A stretch of 63,049 bases of DNA, counting the filler. It is 8 parts of 8 records of this genome, joined end to end, with 100 filler letters (N's around TTAATTAATTAA, not from the genome) between each part and the next. Parts side by side here need not be neighbours in the genome. Positions count along the whole stretch, not along the records: positions 1 to 5,015 come from SRR31147125_14895; positions 5,116 to 11,381 come from SRR31147125_14906; 6 more parts are not named here. One strand, given 5' to 3'. Under the pieces are notes generated by a model. It was not told the origin of the DNA. It made no database searches and worked only from the letters and a program-made list of their open reading frames with translations. This document shows, piece by piece, positions 1-10,225 of this stretch. Made by a program: the position numbers and the translations under genes. The first letter of the stretch is position 1. Every line of letters begins with the position of its first letter.

Positions 1-777
1 AAAAAGTAAAAATGTAATATCAAAGTTTAACGGGTTTGGCGGAAATATAATTGGGGCAATACTTGGTATTCTAACACCTTTTGCAGTTGTTCATCTATAC
101 CTATATTTATCGGGTTCTTAGCGGCGGGTTTACCATTGGGGGTTACATTTTCGTTTTTAATAACGTCACCTATGGTGGATTTAGCAGCGGTTGCGCTGCT
201 TGTAACCGAAATTGAAAGTGTACCGTATGCTATTTTATATGGGTTATTTGGAATATTAATTGGTGCATCTGGCGGATATTTGATTGGTAAGCTAAAAATG
301 GATGACCAAGTTAAAAAGCTAAAAAACGTAGAAGAACTTTGGGGGTCGGAAGAATATACTTTTTGGGAAAGAGTAAAATTTAGCTGGAGAGCGGCTGTTT
401 CGGTTTTTAAACAAACATGGTGGGCGATATTAATTGGTGTAGGTATTGGCGCTGCTATCCACGGTTATATTCCAAGTAATTTGATAGTTAGTCTTTCAGA
501 TAATGCGTTTTCGCCTATTATAGCGACGGCTTTGGGTGTTCCTATGTATTCTTCAACATTTGGTACCATACCGATTGCTGCTGAGCTTTATTTTAAAGGT
601 ATGAATATTGGAACGGTTCTTTCATTTATGATGGCTGTAACAGCTTTATCAGTTCCTTCTATGATTATGATAAGCAGAGTAATAAAGAAAAAACTTTTAA
701 TCGTATTTATTGCGATCGTTACATTTGGAATTATATTAGCTGGATATGCTTTTAATTTGATATCTAATTTTATATAA
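1..777 (+). CDS. ArsP/DUF318-family permease, 5'-truncated, with apparent 1-nt frameshift near nt 80
   Basis: Restoring one T in the run at about 79-82 gives TPFCSCSSIPIFIG, in frame with ORF 136..777. That ORF has SFLITSPMVD, IGVGIGAAIHG, GVPMY and FMMAVTALSVP motifs typical of this family. Confidence 0.8.
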
Positions 778-933
778 AAAAGGGACACTTAGTAATTTTG
801 TATTAAATACAATTACAAATAAAGTATAAGTGACTAATAGACAAGCTGTTTTTAAAGTAGTGCAATTAAATAACAATAATAAAATTTAAAGATTCAATTT
901 TATACTAGAATATATATAGAAAAGGAGTTTATT

Positions 934-1335
934 ATGCAATGGAACAATAATATGACCGTAGGCAATTCAAAAATCGACAATCAACATAAAAAGTTGTTCG
1001 ACACATTGAAAAATCATTTTGACGCATGTATGCAAGGAAAAGGAAGCGAAGAGGTTATAAATACACTTAGTTTTCTGGCAAAATACGTAGTTATTCATTT
1101 TCGTGATGAAGAAGAATATATGGCTGAAAACAACTACCCTGATCTAGACAAGCACAAAGCTATACATAAAGCTTTTTTAGATGAAGTTTCTAGCATTATT
1201 GAAACGGTCAATAAAGAAGGCGTATCTTCGAAAATAACCATTGATGTAAATAGAAAGCTGAAAAATTGGTTAGTTGATCATATTATGAAAGTAGACAAAG
1301 AATATTATCATTACATTCAAGATAATAGTAAATAA
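934..1335 (+). CDS. Bacteriohemerythrin (single domain)
   Basis: W...G...ID.QH, HF..EE, H...H and HI...D di-iron motif; AAGGAG RBS upstream. Confidence 0.93.
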   Translation: MQWNNNMTVGNSKIDNQHKKLFDTLKNHFDACMQGKGSEEVINTLSFLAKYVVIHFRDEEEYMAENNYPDLDKHKAIHKAFLDEVSSIIETVNKEGVSSKITIDVNRKLKNWLVDHIMKVDKEYYHYIQDNSK

Positions 1336-1404
1336 GCGTTTATTGTAGTTTTGCATTTGTGCCCTTATCGACGATCTGTTAAGGCAAAGGGTTTTCGACA
1401 CTCT

Positions 1405-1440
1405 AAGGTTATAAGAATATATTATAGCCTTTTTTATTTT
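1405..1440 (+). terminator. Rho-independent terminator after the hemerythrin gene
   Basis: aggttataa...ttatagcct stem followed by a T-run. Confidence 0.65.
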
Positions 1441-1508
1441 GTTTTCTTGCTTGAAAATCGCTTAATTACAGAGGTTTTTATAGAATGACTCATTAAGCTT
1501 TTAGTTTG

Positions 1509-1537
1509 TTGACTATATTAATATATAATGATACCAT
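1509..1537 (+). promoter_or_regulatory. Sigma-A-type promoter
   Basis: TTGACT-N17-TACCAT with TGn extended -10, upstream of ORF 1577. Confidence 0.55.
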
Positions 1538-1576
1538 TAAGCCGAAAAAATCAGAATGGAGCTACTTTTTTTGTAG

Positions 1577-3067
1577 TTGGAGGTTTATTTGGATAAGATA
1601 ATCAAAATAGCTTGTATTGTGCTTTCGGTCATCTTGCTTTTAAGCGTTTTGCCTGCTTTTGCACTGTGTTTTGGAATATTCCCGTCACCAGGAGATGACT
1701 ATACATATTCTGTTCCGCTAGTTGAAGGTCTGCGTGAAAGTGGATTTATTGCGTATTTAACGACGCCTTTCACATTTGCAGCAGAAAGATATATGAATTG
1801 GCAGGGAAGCATTGTAACATGTATGATATATGCACTGAACCCTATTGTATTTTCTCTCAATTTTTATAGGATAAGCATGCTTTTGCATAATATATTATTT
1901 GTTTATGCTGTTATAGTTTTTTGCAATACAATTTTAAAAAAAGGCTATGGCATAAAAAAACACATTAGCTTTTTAATAGCAAGCGCGTTGGTAGCTTCGT
2001 TTTATCATTGTGTTCCGTTCGACCAGCTTTTTGAGATGTGCTATTGGTTTACAGGATCTGTTTATTACTTTATGGCAATTTCATTTTTGCTTTTGTTTAT
2101 TTCGTCTCTATACAATTTAAATACTAAAGTTTTGTCTGGACAAGGTAGAAAATTAACAATGCTAGGGCTAGTACTGATGACATTGTTTTTAGGTTTTAGC
2201 AACCTTACGACTTCAATAAGTGTTTGGAGCGGACTTACTATGCTGTTTGCTTTAGTAATAATAAAAAAACATAGACTGAAAAAAGATTTAACCAAAATAT
2301 ATATTCTATTTACTATATGTGTTGCAGCAAATGCACTTTGCCCTGGTTATACAGTAAGATATAATCATGGTATAGAGCAGGAAATGGTGGATATTGTTAG
2401 TACAAGCATAAAGGATATTATGGTATTAAGCTTTAAGATGGGTACAGAAAACATAAGATCCTATGCGACGATTTCACCTGTAATTGGAATATGCCTGCTT
2501 GTAACCCCGTTAATTCTTCAAAGAGAAAAGGGAAGAAAATATGTAAACCCAATACTGTTATTTGTAATAACATATCTAATTTTAATAGCGCAATATGCAC
2601 CATTTTTATATGCACTTGGTAACATGGTCTTTGGCAGAATAGTGGCATATAGGTTTTTTACAACACAAGTGTTTATTATGATAAACTATATAAATTTTGT
2701 TTGCTTTGTTGATTCTAAGATAGAATTTAAAAAAATATTTAAAACGGCTGTAACTGTTTGTTTTATAGTTGTTGGTGCGTTTTTCTTTTATCATGCTGTT
2801 AAGGTAATGGTTATACCAAGGTCACATATTAAAAATATGATTGTAGAATATAAATCGGGCAAAACAATGACATTTATAAATGAGCAAAATGAGAGAATGG
2901 AAATCTTTTATGATGATAGTATTAAAGATGTTGAACTAAAGCCTTTGACATATAGAGCTACTACTTTTGGGTATGATAAGATAAACGATAACAAAGATAG
3001 TCTTGTAAACGAGTATATTGCAAGGTTTTATGATAAAAACTACGTAATAGTCGTTGAACCAGAATAA
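1577..3067 (+). CDS. Polytopic membrane protein, DUF6056/GT-C-like (possible cell-wall glycopolymer modification)
   Basis: About 11 hydrophobic segments, N-terminal GDDY motif, YMNWQG, YWFTGS.YY and CPG..R motifs. Confidence 0.6.
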   Translation: MEVYLDKIIKIACIVLSVILLLSVLPAFALCFGIFPSPGDDYTYSVPLVEGLRESGFIAYLTTPFTFAAERYMNWQGSIVTCMIYALNPIVFSLNFYRISMLLHNILFVYAVIVFCNTILKKGYGIKKHISFLIASALVASFYHCVPFDQLFEMCYWFTGSVYYFMAISFLLLFISSLYNLNTKVLSGQGRKLTMLGLVLMTLFLGFSNLTTSISVWSGLTMLFALVIIKKHRLKKDLTKIYILFTICVAANALCPGYTVRYNHGIEQEMVDIVSTSIKDIMVLSFKMGTENIRSYATISPVIGICLLVTPLILQREKGRKYVNPILLFVITYLILIAQYAPFLYALGNMVFGRIVAYRFFTTQVFIMINYINFVCFVDSKIEFKKIFKTAVTVCFIVVGAFFFYHAVKVMVIPRSHIKNMIVEYKSGKTMTFINEQNERMEIFYDDSIKDVELKPLTYRATTFGYDKINDNKDSLVNEYIARFYDKNYVIVVEPE

Positions 3068-3117
3068 AAAAGAGCATACGTAAAAACTTATTAAAGATAA
3101 AGTTACAAAGCGTTAAC

Positions 3118-3146
3118 TTGTAATAGGGTACAAAAAGGTTTATAAT
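3118..3146 (+). promoter_or_regulatory. Sigma-A promoter of pgm
   Basis: TTGTAA-N17-TATAAT. Confidence 0.65.
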
Positions 3147-3180
3147 TTTTTAGTAATTGTAAAAAAATAAATAGAGGGAT

Positions 3181-4899
3181 TTGTTAATGAGTGATTTTTT
3201 AAAAGAGTATAAAAAGTGGGTTAATAGTGATTATTTTGATAATAAAACAACAGAGGAGCTTTTGGCAATAGCAGAAGATGAATGTGAGATTGAAGATAGG
3301 TTTTATAAATCTTTAGATTTTGGAACAGCTGGGATGAGGGGTAAACTTGGAGCTGGTACAAATAGAATGAACATCTATATGGTAAGGCGAGCAACCAAGG
3401 GTTTTGGTAGGTATATACTAGATAACGGAGATGCTGATAGGGGCGTTGTTATTGCTTATGACAGCAGAAACTATTCAGATATTTTTGCACTAGAATCAGC
3501 GTGTACGCTTGCAAAGATGGGAATAAAGACTTATCTTTTTACGTCGCTAAGACCAGTACCAGTGTTATCTTATGCAATAAGAAAATTAAATACGCAAGCA
3601 GGTATAGCGATTACTGCAAGCCATAACCCGAAAGAATACAACGGATATAAAGTGTATTGGGAAGATGGTGCACAAGCTGTTGATGAAGTTGGCGATGAAA
3701 TTATAACGTGTGTTAATGCTATTTCGGCCTCTGAGGCAATTGAGGTTATGGATGAAAAGCAAGCCTTACAAAGCGGGTTACTTGAATATATAGATAGCGC
3801 TATAGACGATGCTTATACAAATGATATAAAAACGCTTGCATGTGAAAAGGATTTTAACAAGAGCTTAAAAATTGTCTATACGCCAATCCATGGAGCTGGA
3901 TATGTTCCTGTTACAAGAGCTCTTTTGGAACTTGGGTACACAGATATAGTTGTTGTTGAAAAGCAAAAAGAGCCGAATGGTGATTTTCCTACTGTGAGTG
4001 TTCCAAATCCTGAAAACGCAGAAACTTTGGATATGGCAGTTAAGCTTGCGAAGGAAGTTGGAGCAGAGCTTGTACTTGGGACAGACCCAGACAGCGATAG
4101 ACTAGGGATGATGATACTTGATGACAATGGCGAGTATTACAGACCTAACGGAAACGAGATTGGAGCGCTTCTTTTTGATTTTTATACAACAGCAAATAGC
4201 GAAAGGCTTACCGGAAATGATACTATGGTAAAATCGATAGTTTCTTCTGATGTTGTTGATAAAATAGCTAAAGATAAAAACATAAACGTAGTTAGTGTTT
4301 TAACCGGGTTTAAATATGTTGGCGAATATATTAAGAACATAGAGGGAACGGATGAAAACTTTGTGTTTGGATTTGAAGAGAGTTACGGATATTTAGCTGG
4401 AACTTTTGCTAGAGATAAAGATGCTGTTGTTGCTGCAGTACTTGCTTGCGATATGTGCGCATACTATAAAAGCCAGGGCAAAACAGTTTATCAGATGCTT
4501 ATGAGCATATATGAAAAGTATGGCTACTATAGTGATGGACAATTAGCAATTACACTAGAAGGTAAATCTGGTATGGAGAGAATTGCTAGAATTATGGATT
4601 ACTTTAGAGCTAATGGATTCCCAGAAATTGAGGGTTTACAACTTGCTAAAAAGATTGATTACTTAGAACAAAAAATCGAGTGTCTTGAAAGCGGAAAAAC
4701 ATTTGAGACAGGACTTAGAAAATCTAATGTTTTAAAAGATACTTATAAGGATTCTTCATGGGTTTGTTTAAGACCTTCTGGCACGGAGCCGAAGATTAAA
4801 ATATATGCTTCCGCTTGCGAAAGCTCAAGGGAAAAATCGTCAATAAAATTGACTAACATGATAAATACTATTAAGGATGTTATAGATAAGGTGGAATAA
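3181..4899 (+). CDS. pgm: Phosphoglucomutase/phosphomannomutase
   Basis: FGTAGMRG, TASHNP phosphoserine loop, DPDSDR metal loop, FEESYG, RPSGTEPK. Confidence 0.96.
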   Translation: MLMSDFLKEYKKWVNSDYFDNKTTEELLAIAEDECEIEDRFYKSLDFGTAGMRGKLGAGTNRMNIYMVRRATKGFGRYILDNGDADRGVVIAYDSRNYSDIFALESACTLAKMGIKTYLFTSLRPVPVLSYAIRKLNTQAGIAITASHNPKEYNGYKVYWEDGAQAVDEVGDEIITCVNAISASEAIEVMDEKQALQSGLLEYIDSAIDDAYTNDIKTLACEKDFNKSLKIVYTPIHGAGYVPVTRALLELGYTDIVVVEKQKEPNGDFPTVSVPNPENAETLDMAVKLAKEVGAELVLGTDPDSDRLGMMILDDNGEYYRPNGNEIGALLFDFYTTANSERLTGNDTMVKSIVSSDVVDKIAKDKNINVVSVLTGFKYVGEYIKNIEGTDENFVFGFEESYGYLAGTFARDKDAVVAAVLACDMCAYYKSQGKTVYQMLMSIYEKYGYYSDGQLAITLEGKSGMERIARIMDYFRANGFPEIEGLQLAKKIDYLEQKIECLESGKTFETGLRKSNVLKDTYKDSSWVCLRPSGTEPKIKIYASACESSREKSSIKLTNMINTIKDVIDKVE

Positions 4900-5015
4900 A
4901 ACGCGATGGGTCAAAATGAGCACAATAAAAACGGTAGATGGGTGATTCTTACACTGCCAGTTATAATTGTTATAGCAGTTGTATTAAAAGTAACATTCGA
5001 CAGTGCGAGTTTTTT

Positions 5016-5115
5016 NNNNNNNNNNNNNNNNNNNNNNNNNNNNNNNNNNNNNNNNNNNNTTAATTAATTAANNNNNNNNNNNNNNNNNNNNNNNNNNNNN
5101 NNNNNNNNNNNNNNN
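5016..5115. other. Artificial contig spacer
   Basis: 44 N + TTAATTAATTAA (stops in all six frames) + 44 N; identical at all seven junctions. Confidence 0.99.
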
Positions 5116-6236
5116 CAGGGCCTGGAGCAGGGACGAGACATTGCCGGGTTGGAAAATCAGTCCGGCGTTTGCTGTGCGGATTAGCTCTGCGGCGTCGCCC
5201 TGAACACCGGCGAGTATGGGTTTGCCCTGCCCCAGACAGGCATAGATCTTGGCCGGAATGGTGATACGGAACAGGGGCAGAGGCAGCAGGTGCACCAGCA
5301 GGGCGTCTGCCCGGGCGTAAAATCCGGCTAAAACCTCGGGGGGCACGACGTTGTGAAACTCGACATTGTTTAGCTGCCACTCCCTGGCCATGGTTAGCAA
5401 TCGGCCTCTCTCCACACCATCGCCCACCAGCACAAATGTTATTTTTTGAGTTAAAATGCTGTTATCCCCTTTAAAATCCTGTTGTTTTTCCTGTATTCTT
5501 TTCGCTGCCTGCAACACCACCTGCAATCCCTGCGCCCGCCCCATATTACCGGCATAGAGAATGGAAAAAACCGCCGGGTTCTGCGGCTGTTGCTCCGTAG
5601 CCGTTCCCGCCTGGCTGGCTATTGGCAAAACATCTCCGGCGCCGTTGGGGATGATGGTTATTTTCTCTGCCGCACCATTTTTTTGCATCAGGTTGGCTTT
5701 AAATCCCGGCGTCACCACAATAATATGGGTGGCTTGTTTGTAAAGAAAATCTGCCAGTCGCGAGACCAGTCGCAATACCCGCCTGTTACACAGCAAACCT
5801 GTTGCGGACAGTGTTTCCGGCCACAGGTCGTGAATGGCCAGGATCAGGGGGATTTGTATAGCCGTTTGAAAACCAGTCCTGCCAGCCCGGTGGTCAATGG
5901 CGGGGAATAGACGTAAATGATATCCGCTCTTAAAGGCAGCAGCAACGGCCCCAGCAGGCAGGTGCTCAACGTAAAGGACAAATAGTTTAACATCCGTTTC
6001 AGGCGCGATTCACTGTGATCCGGGTACAGCCACACCCGCAGCATCTCCACGCCGTCTTGTTTCTGCCGTTGCCACAATCGCCGTTTAAAGCCGGGATAAA
6101 TGTGTCCCATGGGATAATTGGGAAACCCGGTGAGCACCGTCACCCGGTGGCCGCGTTTCACCAGGTCCCGGGCCAGGCTGGAGATGTGGAAACCGGGCTC
6201 GGGGTGGAAGTGTTGGGATATGATTAGGATGTGCAT
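5116..6236 (-). CDS. Glycosyltransferase family 4 (WbuB/WcaI-like), 3'-truncated, apparent frameshift near 5850
   Basis: MHILIISQHFHPE, VLTGFPNYP and YSPP in one frame. IHDLWPE, YAGNMGRAQGL and P.KIY in the next frame. One A is missing in the tacaaatc run. Confidence 0.88.
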
Positions 6237-6274
6237 GTTGATGGCCTCATTTTTTGATGAAATACACAGAGGAA

Positions 6275-6378
6275 CAGTAGGCAGTGGAGAGCCAGTTGGC
6301 ACTTGACAGTAGGCAGTAAGAGCAAAGAGCAAGAGTGGAAGAGCAAAGAGCCAGTTGGCAGTAAGAGCGGAGGAGCGG
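6275..6378 (+). repeat. Degenerate heptamer tract (CAGTAGG/CAGTTGG and AAGAGCA units)
   Basis: cagtaggcagtgg, ccagttggca, cagtaggcagtaagagcaaagagcaagag. Confidence 0.8.
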
Positions 6379-6663
6379 TGATCGGGTTGAAAAGAATTCA
6401 GAATATTATAATTGATATTTTTTTCTTGTAAAATTTCTTTGCTTTTGGTGTATCATTCCCCGGGATTTCAGTTGTTTTTTATGGTTTGTGTTTTATAATG
6501 GCAAAACAACTGGTGCTAATATATGTTTAATACTATTTATCCGATAATCCCGTACAAAACAGGGTAGACCGGGCTGTAAAAACGATTCTTTGTCAAACAT
6601 ACAACTGTGAAAAAATAACCCTTCTTTCTATTCCATGCAAGTAAATTCATCCATATATGGGAA

Positions 6664-6710
6664 AAGTTGGGAGCCAGTAGTCAGTTGGCAGTGGGCAGAA
6701 GGCAGTTGTC
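6664..6710 (+). repeat. Short heptamer tract of the same CAGTNGG family
   Basis: gccagtagtcagttggcagtgggcagaaggcagttg. Confidence 0.7.
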
Positions 6711-7040
6711 CGGCACTCCCGAAGGTTGCCTTGTGTATAATAATTCAGGTCGCAGAGAATGATCAAACGTAAAAAATCTGTGGAATCTGGTTCATCCGGG
6801 TGAATCTGCGGTTCAGACAATGACAATTTGAGAAACAATACAAGATGAAAAAATAAAGAAATTTCTTGTTTTGATAATCAATTTATAATTACCAATTGCC
6901 AGATCATTTTAAAAATAAATGACGATTATTCGTCAAAATTGATAATTATCTTGCATTCTTTCTGTGTTTTGTTTATTTTTAAAAAATAAAAATATTTAGG
7001 AACCTTTGGGCAGGGGTGGTCTGATGGGCGATATATTTCA

Positions 7041-7090
7041 AAGCGTAAAAAGATTTTTTATGTAGGATCTTTTTGCGCTTTTTTGTTTTT
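7041..7090 (+). terminator. Intrinsic terminator with no upstream CDS
   Basis: aagcgtaaaaagattt / ggatctttttgcgctt stem followed by TTTTGTTTTT. Confidence 0.6.
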
Positions 7091-7276
7091 AGGGTATTTT
7101 GGTTTGTCTCTTCAAGGGTGGATTTTAGTCTTTATATTATTAATGGTTGACGTGTTTGGAATTATATCTACTTGTTTTGAAATAAATTCTTCTGATAGAT
7201 GTAAGGAAATGTTTTGTTTCTTATTACAGGTACAGATATTTAAATAATATAATCTTTGAATAAATAAGCAATTCTC

Positions 7277-7490
7277 TGTTAAGGGCCACGATATTCTCCA
7301 GTACAGGTTCACGATAATTCCCCACCTGTACAGTTATTTAGCGATATGATACAAAAGCTATCATATCAAATCAAGCGTTTTGCAATTGAGTTATAAATTT
7401 TTTGCGATAGGATTTTCCTTTAATAACGATTTGATGTGTATTATGAGCCAATCGATCCATGATAGCATTTGCTGTGATGGATTGGGAAAG
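7277..7490 (-). mobile_element. istB: IS21-family remnant: istB C-terminal fragment plus right end
   Basis: Minus strand encodes FPNP/(frameshift)ITANAIMDRLAHNTHQIVIKGKSYRKK*, the IstB C-terminal signature. It is followed by GGTGGGGAATT...CTGGAGAAT...CCCTTAACA, an IS21-type end. Confidence 0.8.
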
Positions 7491-7660
7491 CAATCAAGCT
7501 AATCGATCATATTAACAATTTAGAGCAAAGTGTTAATATGATGTCCTGAATGCCAACAACGGATAATTTCATAAATGTTAAATACACTCTTATATACCAC
7601 ATTTTCCTCTTGTTGTGCTGCAAAGTGGGAGGAATAAAGAACTGAAACTGGTAAATAAAA

Positions 7661-7720
7661 AGGTGGGGAATTAAGATACTTATATATTGAAAAAGCTGGA
7701 GAATTGATATGGCTTTTGAC
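7661..7720 (+). mobile_element. Second, degenerate IS21-like end in the opposite orientation
   Basis: aggtggggaatt...gctggagaatt...ggcttttgac has the same layout as the end at 7277-7328. Confidence 0.55.
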
Positions 7721-7872
7721 TTTTGTATGTTTAATTGTGATTTTGGTGGAACAGGTATTCGAGATCCATCTATTTTTATGTAATGACTATGTTAACAGAA
7801 ATATTTTTAAATACACTCTTATTATAAAAAAGTTGACTCATACCTGAATAATAATAAAAAGGAGAATTTAAA

Positions 7873-9786
7873 ATGAGACGTGTTAGTTTATTTCTTTTTC
7901 TTTTTTCGTTGATTATTAATATAAGTGAAATTTTTGCAGATTATACTGTTACAATTGGGACAAATCCACCAACGACTTATACCACTAATCTTCAGGATAT
8001 ACATAATAATGTATTAAATACTGCCGCTCGTAATCAAGATTGGTTAATAGAAATATCTGATGGTACCTATGACGACTCAGATGAAGTGTTTAATTTTAGT
8101 TGGTATAGACATCCTGATAATAGTCATACATTAACTATTACAGCAGAACATGAACATAATGCTATTTTTGATGGTGGAGGTTCAAATGAAGTGGTTTTTT
8201 TCTTTTCAGGTATAAATGAGGGACAAGTTATTGTTGAGGATTTAGAATTTACAAATTTTACGGTAAAAGGGATACAAATATATAATTCTAATGATGTTAC
8301 TATACGTAATTGCATTATATCAGATATGAATCATAATGATGCGCAAGCTGGCATATCAGTGCAATATTCATCAATGTGTAATATTATCGGAAACCGGTTC
8401 AGCGACTTAAGCGCAACTGCAGCTCTACATGCAGTTTATTTACATTTTTCTTGTTTTAATAACACTATCCAAGGAAATATTGTCGAGACATGCAGTGGAG
8501 GAGCTTTTAAAATAAGTGAAAATTGTATACTTAATGTCTTTGACGGGAATATAATTCAGGAGTGTTCTGGTCTTGGATATTATGTAGCTGAAAATGCGAA
8601 TTGTCGAAATAATATTATAAGTAATGCACAATGCCTCAGTCCGCATTCTCATAATCCATCGTATAATAACACACCTTTCATAAGAAAAATCAGATCAAAT
8701 GATCCAGGTGACTATCACAGGCCTCATGAAGAAGATTTATTTGATACTTCAATGCCTTTTCATCTTGAAGGAAGCAATAATAATTTTACAACTCTTCATT
8801 CAAGTTTTAATGTAAATGTCGATAATGTTATTGGAGCTACTCCAGCTTATATCACTCCATCAATGCCCTTATATGGCTTTGATTCTGCCAAGTATGAATA
8901 TAACGATTACGGACAAAATACAATTATATCAAGTCAAATGAATGGGTACTTTTTGGAATATTTAAAAATTGAAGATTATTCAAATAAACCAAGACGTTTC
9001 CCAGTGGATTTTAAGTTATTTACTCTTGATGCTTTAGATTCGGAAGACATAACGGTTGCAAATTTAGGTACTTGGGATCGGAATCTTGAAAAATGGGTTG
9101 TGGAGACAGAAACTAACTCTATAGGAGCTGTTTATGATATTTGGGGTGCGAATCAGTTTATAGATTTTGAATTAACCGATCTTTCAGAAGATTTTGATCT
9201 CTATTTGTTATGGGACAGCATAGGAGAAGGTACTATTCTATCTCATTTAACTGATGGTGATGGAGGAAGATATTTCTTTTCACAGTATTGTATTAAAACT
9301 GGTGATGATGCACCATATGAAAGTTATAATACGAACCTGGCCACTGAGTCTTTTACTCGCTATATGACTGAGGCCACCTATCACCATCATTTGGTTGTGG
9401 CAAGGAAAAGTAATTATTATACAGGTGATTTTACTGTCACTGCTAAACCCCACGTCCTTGCCAAGAAAATTATTAATAATGGAAATAATTTAGATGATTT
9501 CGTACCAAACAATTTTAATTTATTACAAAATTATCCAAATCCATTCAATCCTACTACTGTTATTAATTATGATGTTCCATATAGTTCTCATGTTTTATTA
9601 GAAGTATATGATATCATGGGCAGAAAAGTACGTGAATTGGTCAATGCAGAAATATCTGCAGGATCTCATTCTGTAACGTGGGATGGAAGAAATGATAAAG
9701 GGGAAACTGTTTCAAGTGGTGTTTATATTTATAACATTATTACTCCAACTTTTAAAAAATCGAACAAGATGATAAAGCTTAAATAG
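7873..9786 (+). CDS. Secreted right-handed parallel beta-helix protein with C-terminal T9SS-type/FlgD-Ig domain
   Basis: Signal peptide, Asn/Cys-rich PbH1 repeats, C-terminal LLQNYPNPFNPTT...WDGRNDKG..VSSGVY; GGAG RBS. Confidence 0.82.
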   Translation: MRRVSLFLFLFSLIINISEIFADYTVTIGTNPPTTYTTNLQDIHNNVLNTAARNQDWLIEISDGTYDDSDEVFNFSWYRHPDNSHTLTITAEHEHNAIFDGGGSNEVVFFFSGINEGQVIVEDLEFTNFTVKGIQIYNSNDVTIRNCIISDMNHNDAQAGISVQYSSMCNIIGNRFSDLSATAALHAVYLHFSCFNNTIQGNIVETCSGGAFKISENCILNVFDGNIIQECSGLGYYVAENANCRNNIISNAQCLSPHSHNPSYNNTPFIRKIRSNDPGDYHRPHEEDLFDTSMPFHLEGSNNNFTTLHSSFNVNVDNVIGATPAYITPSMPLYGFDSAKYEYNDYGQNTIISSQMNGYFLEYLKIEDYSNKPRRFPVDFKLFTLDALDSEDITVANLGTWDRNLEKWVVETETNSIGAVYDIWGANQFIDFELTDLSEDFDLYLLWDSIGEGTILSHLTDGDGGRYFFSQYCIKTGDDAPYESYNTNLATESFTRYMTEATYHHHLVVARKSNYYTGDFTVTAKPHVLAKKIINNGNNLDDFVPNNFNLLQNYPNPFNPTTVINYDVPYSSHVLLEVYDIMGRKVRELVNAEISAGSHSVTWDGRNDKGETVSSGVYIYNIITPTFKKSNKMIKLK

Positions 9787-9852
9787 GGAAAATTTTCCGG
9801 GTATTGTGAACTCATTTTTTTCTGAATAAAATGGATTTTTTAAAGTATAATT

Positions 9853-9882
9853 GGTCAGCCAGGATACTTATTCTGGCTGACC
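9853..9882. terminator. Stem-loop between convergent genes
   Basis: ggtcagccagga-tactta-ttctggctgacc. Confidence 0.55.
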
Positions 9883-10043
9883 GACAAGTTCGAATATCCA
9901 TCCGAAACATAAACATTTGGAATATTAACATGCCTGGCCCATATTGCTTTCCGGAGGCTCTGCCTCGCGTATAGATGTTTATGAGATCTTTTGTGCTTTC
10001 GAAAAAAACGGGCGCCAGAGGCAACAGAATACGCTCCCGGCTG

Positions 10044-10205
10044 GAGAGCGGGAGCAAGAAAAAGTTGGAAAAGCCAGTCGGCAGTAGGCAGTCGGCAGGG
10101 AAGAGCAGAAGAGCCAGTAGGCAGTAAGCAGTGAGGAACCAGTCGGCAGTCGGAAGTATGCAGTAGGCAGGAAGAACGAAGAGCAAAGAGCAGAAGAGCA
10201 GTGGG
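10044..10205 (+). repeat. Longest heptamer tract (CAGTCGG/CAGTAGG/AAGAGCA)
   Basis: ccagtcggcagtaggcagtcggcagg...ccagtaggcagtaagcagtg...gaagagcaaagagcagaagagcag. Confidence 0.85.
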
Positions 10206-10225
10206 TGTTTTATAGAATAGGGTAT

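Noticed and set aside
7015-7045. CTGATG as a hammerhead ribozyme core
   Set aside because: It reads CUGAUGG rather than CUGANGA, and there is no properly placed GAAA or stems.
7112-7312. 66-aa minus-strand ORF
   Set aside because: It starts inside the IS21 end and has no recognisable motifs.
6275-10205. Heptamer tracts as a CRISPR array
   Set aside because: No constant 23-47 nt repeat with unique spacers, and no cas genes.
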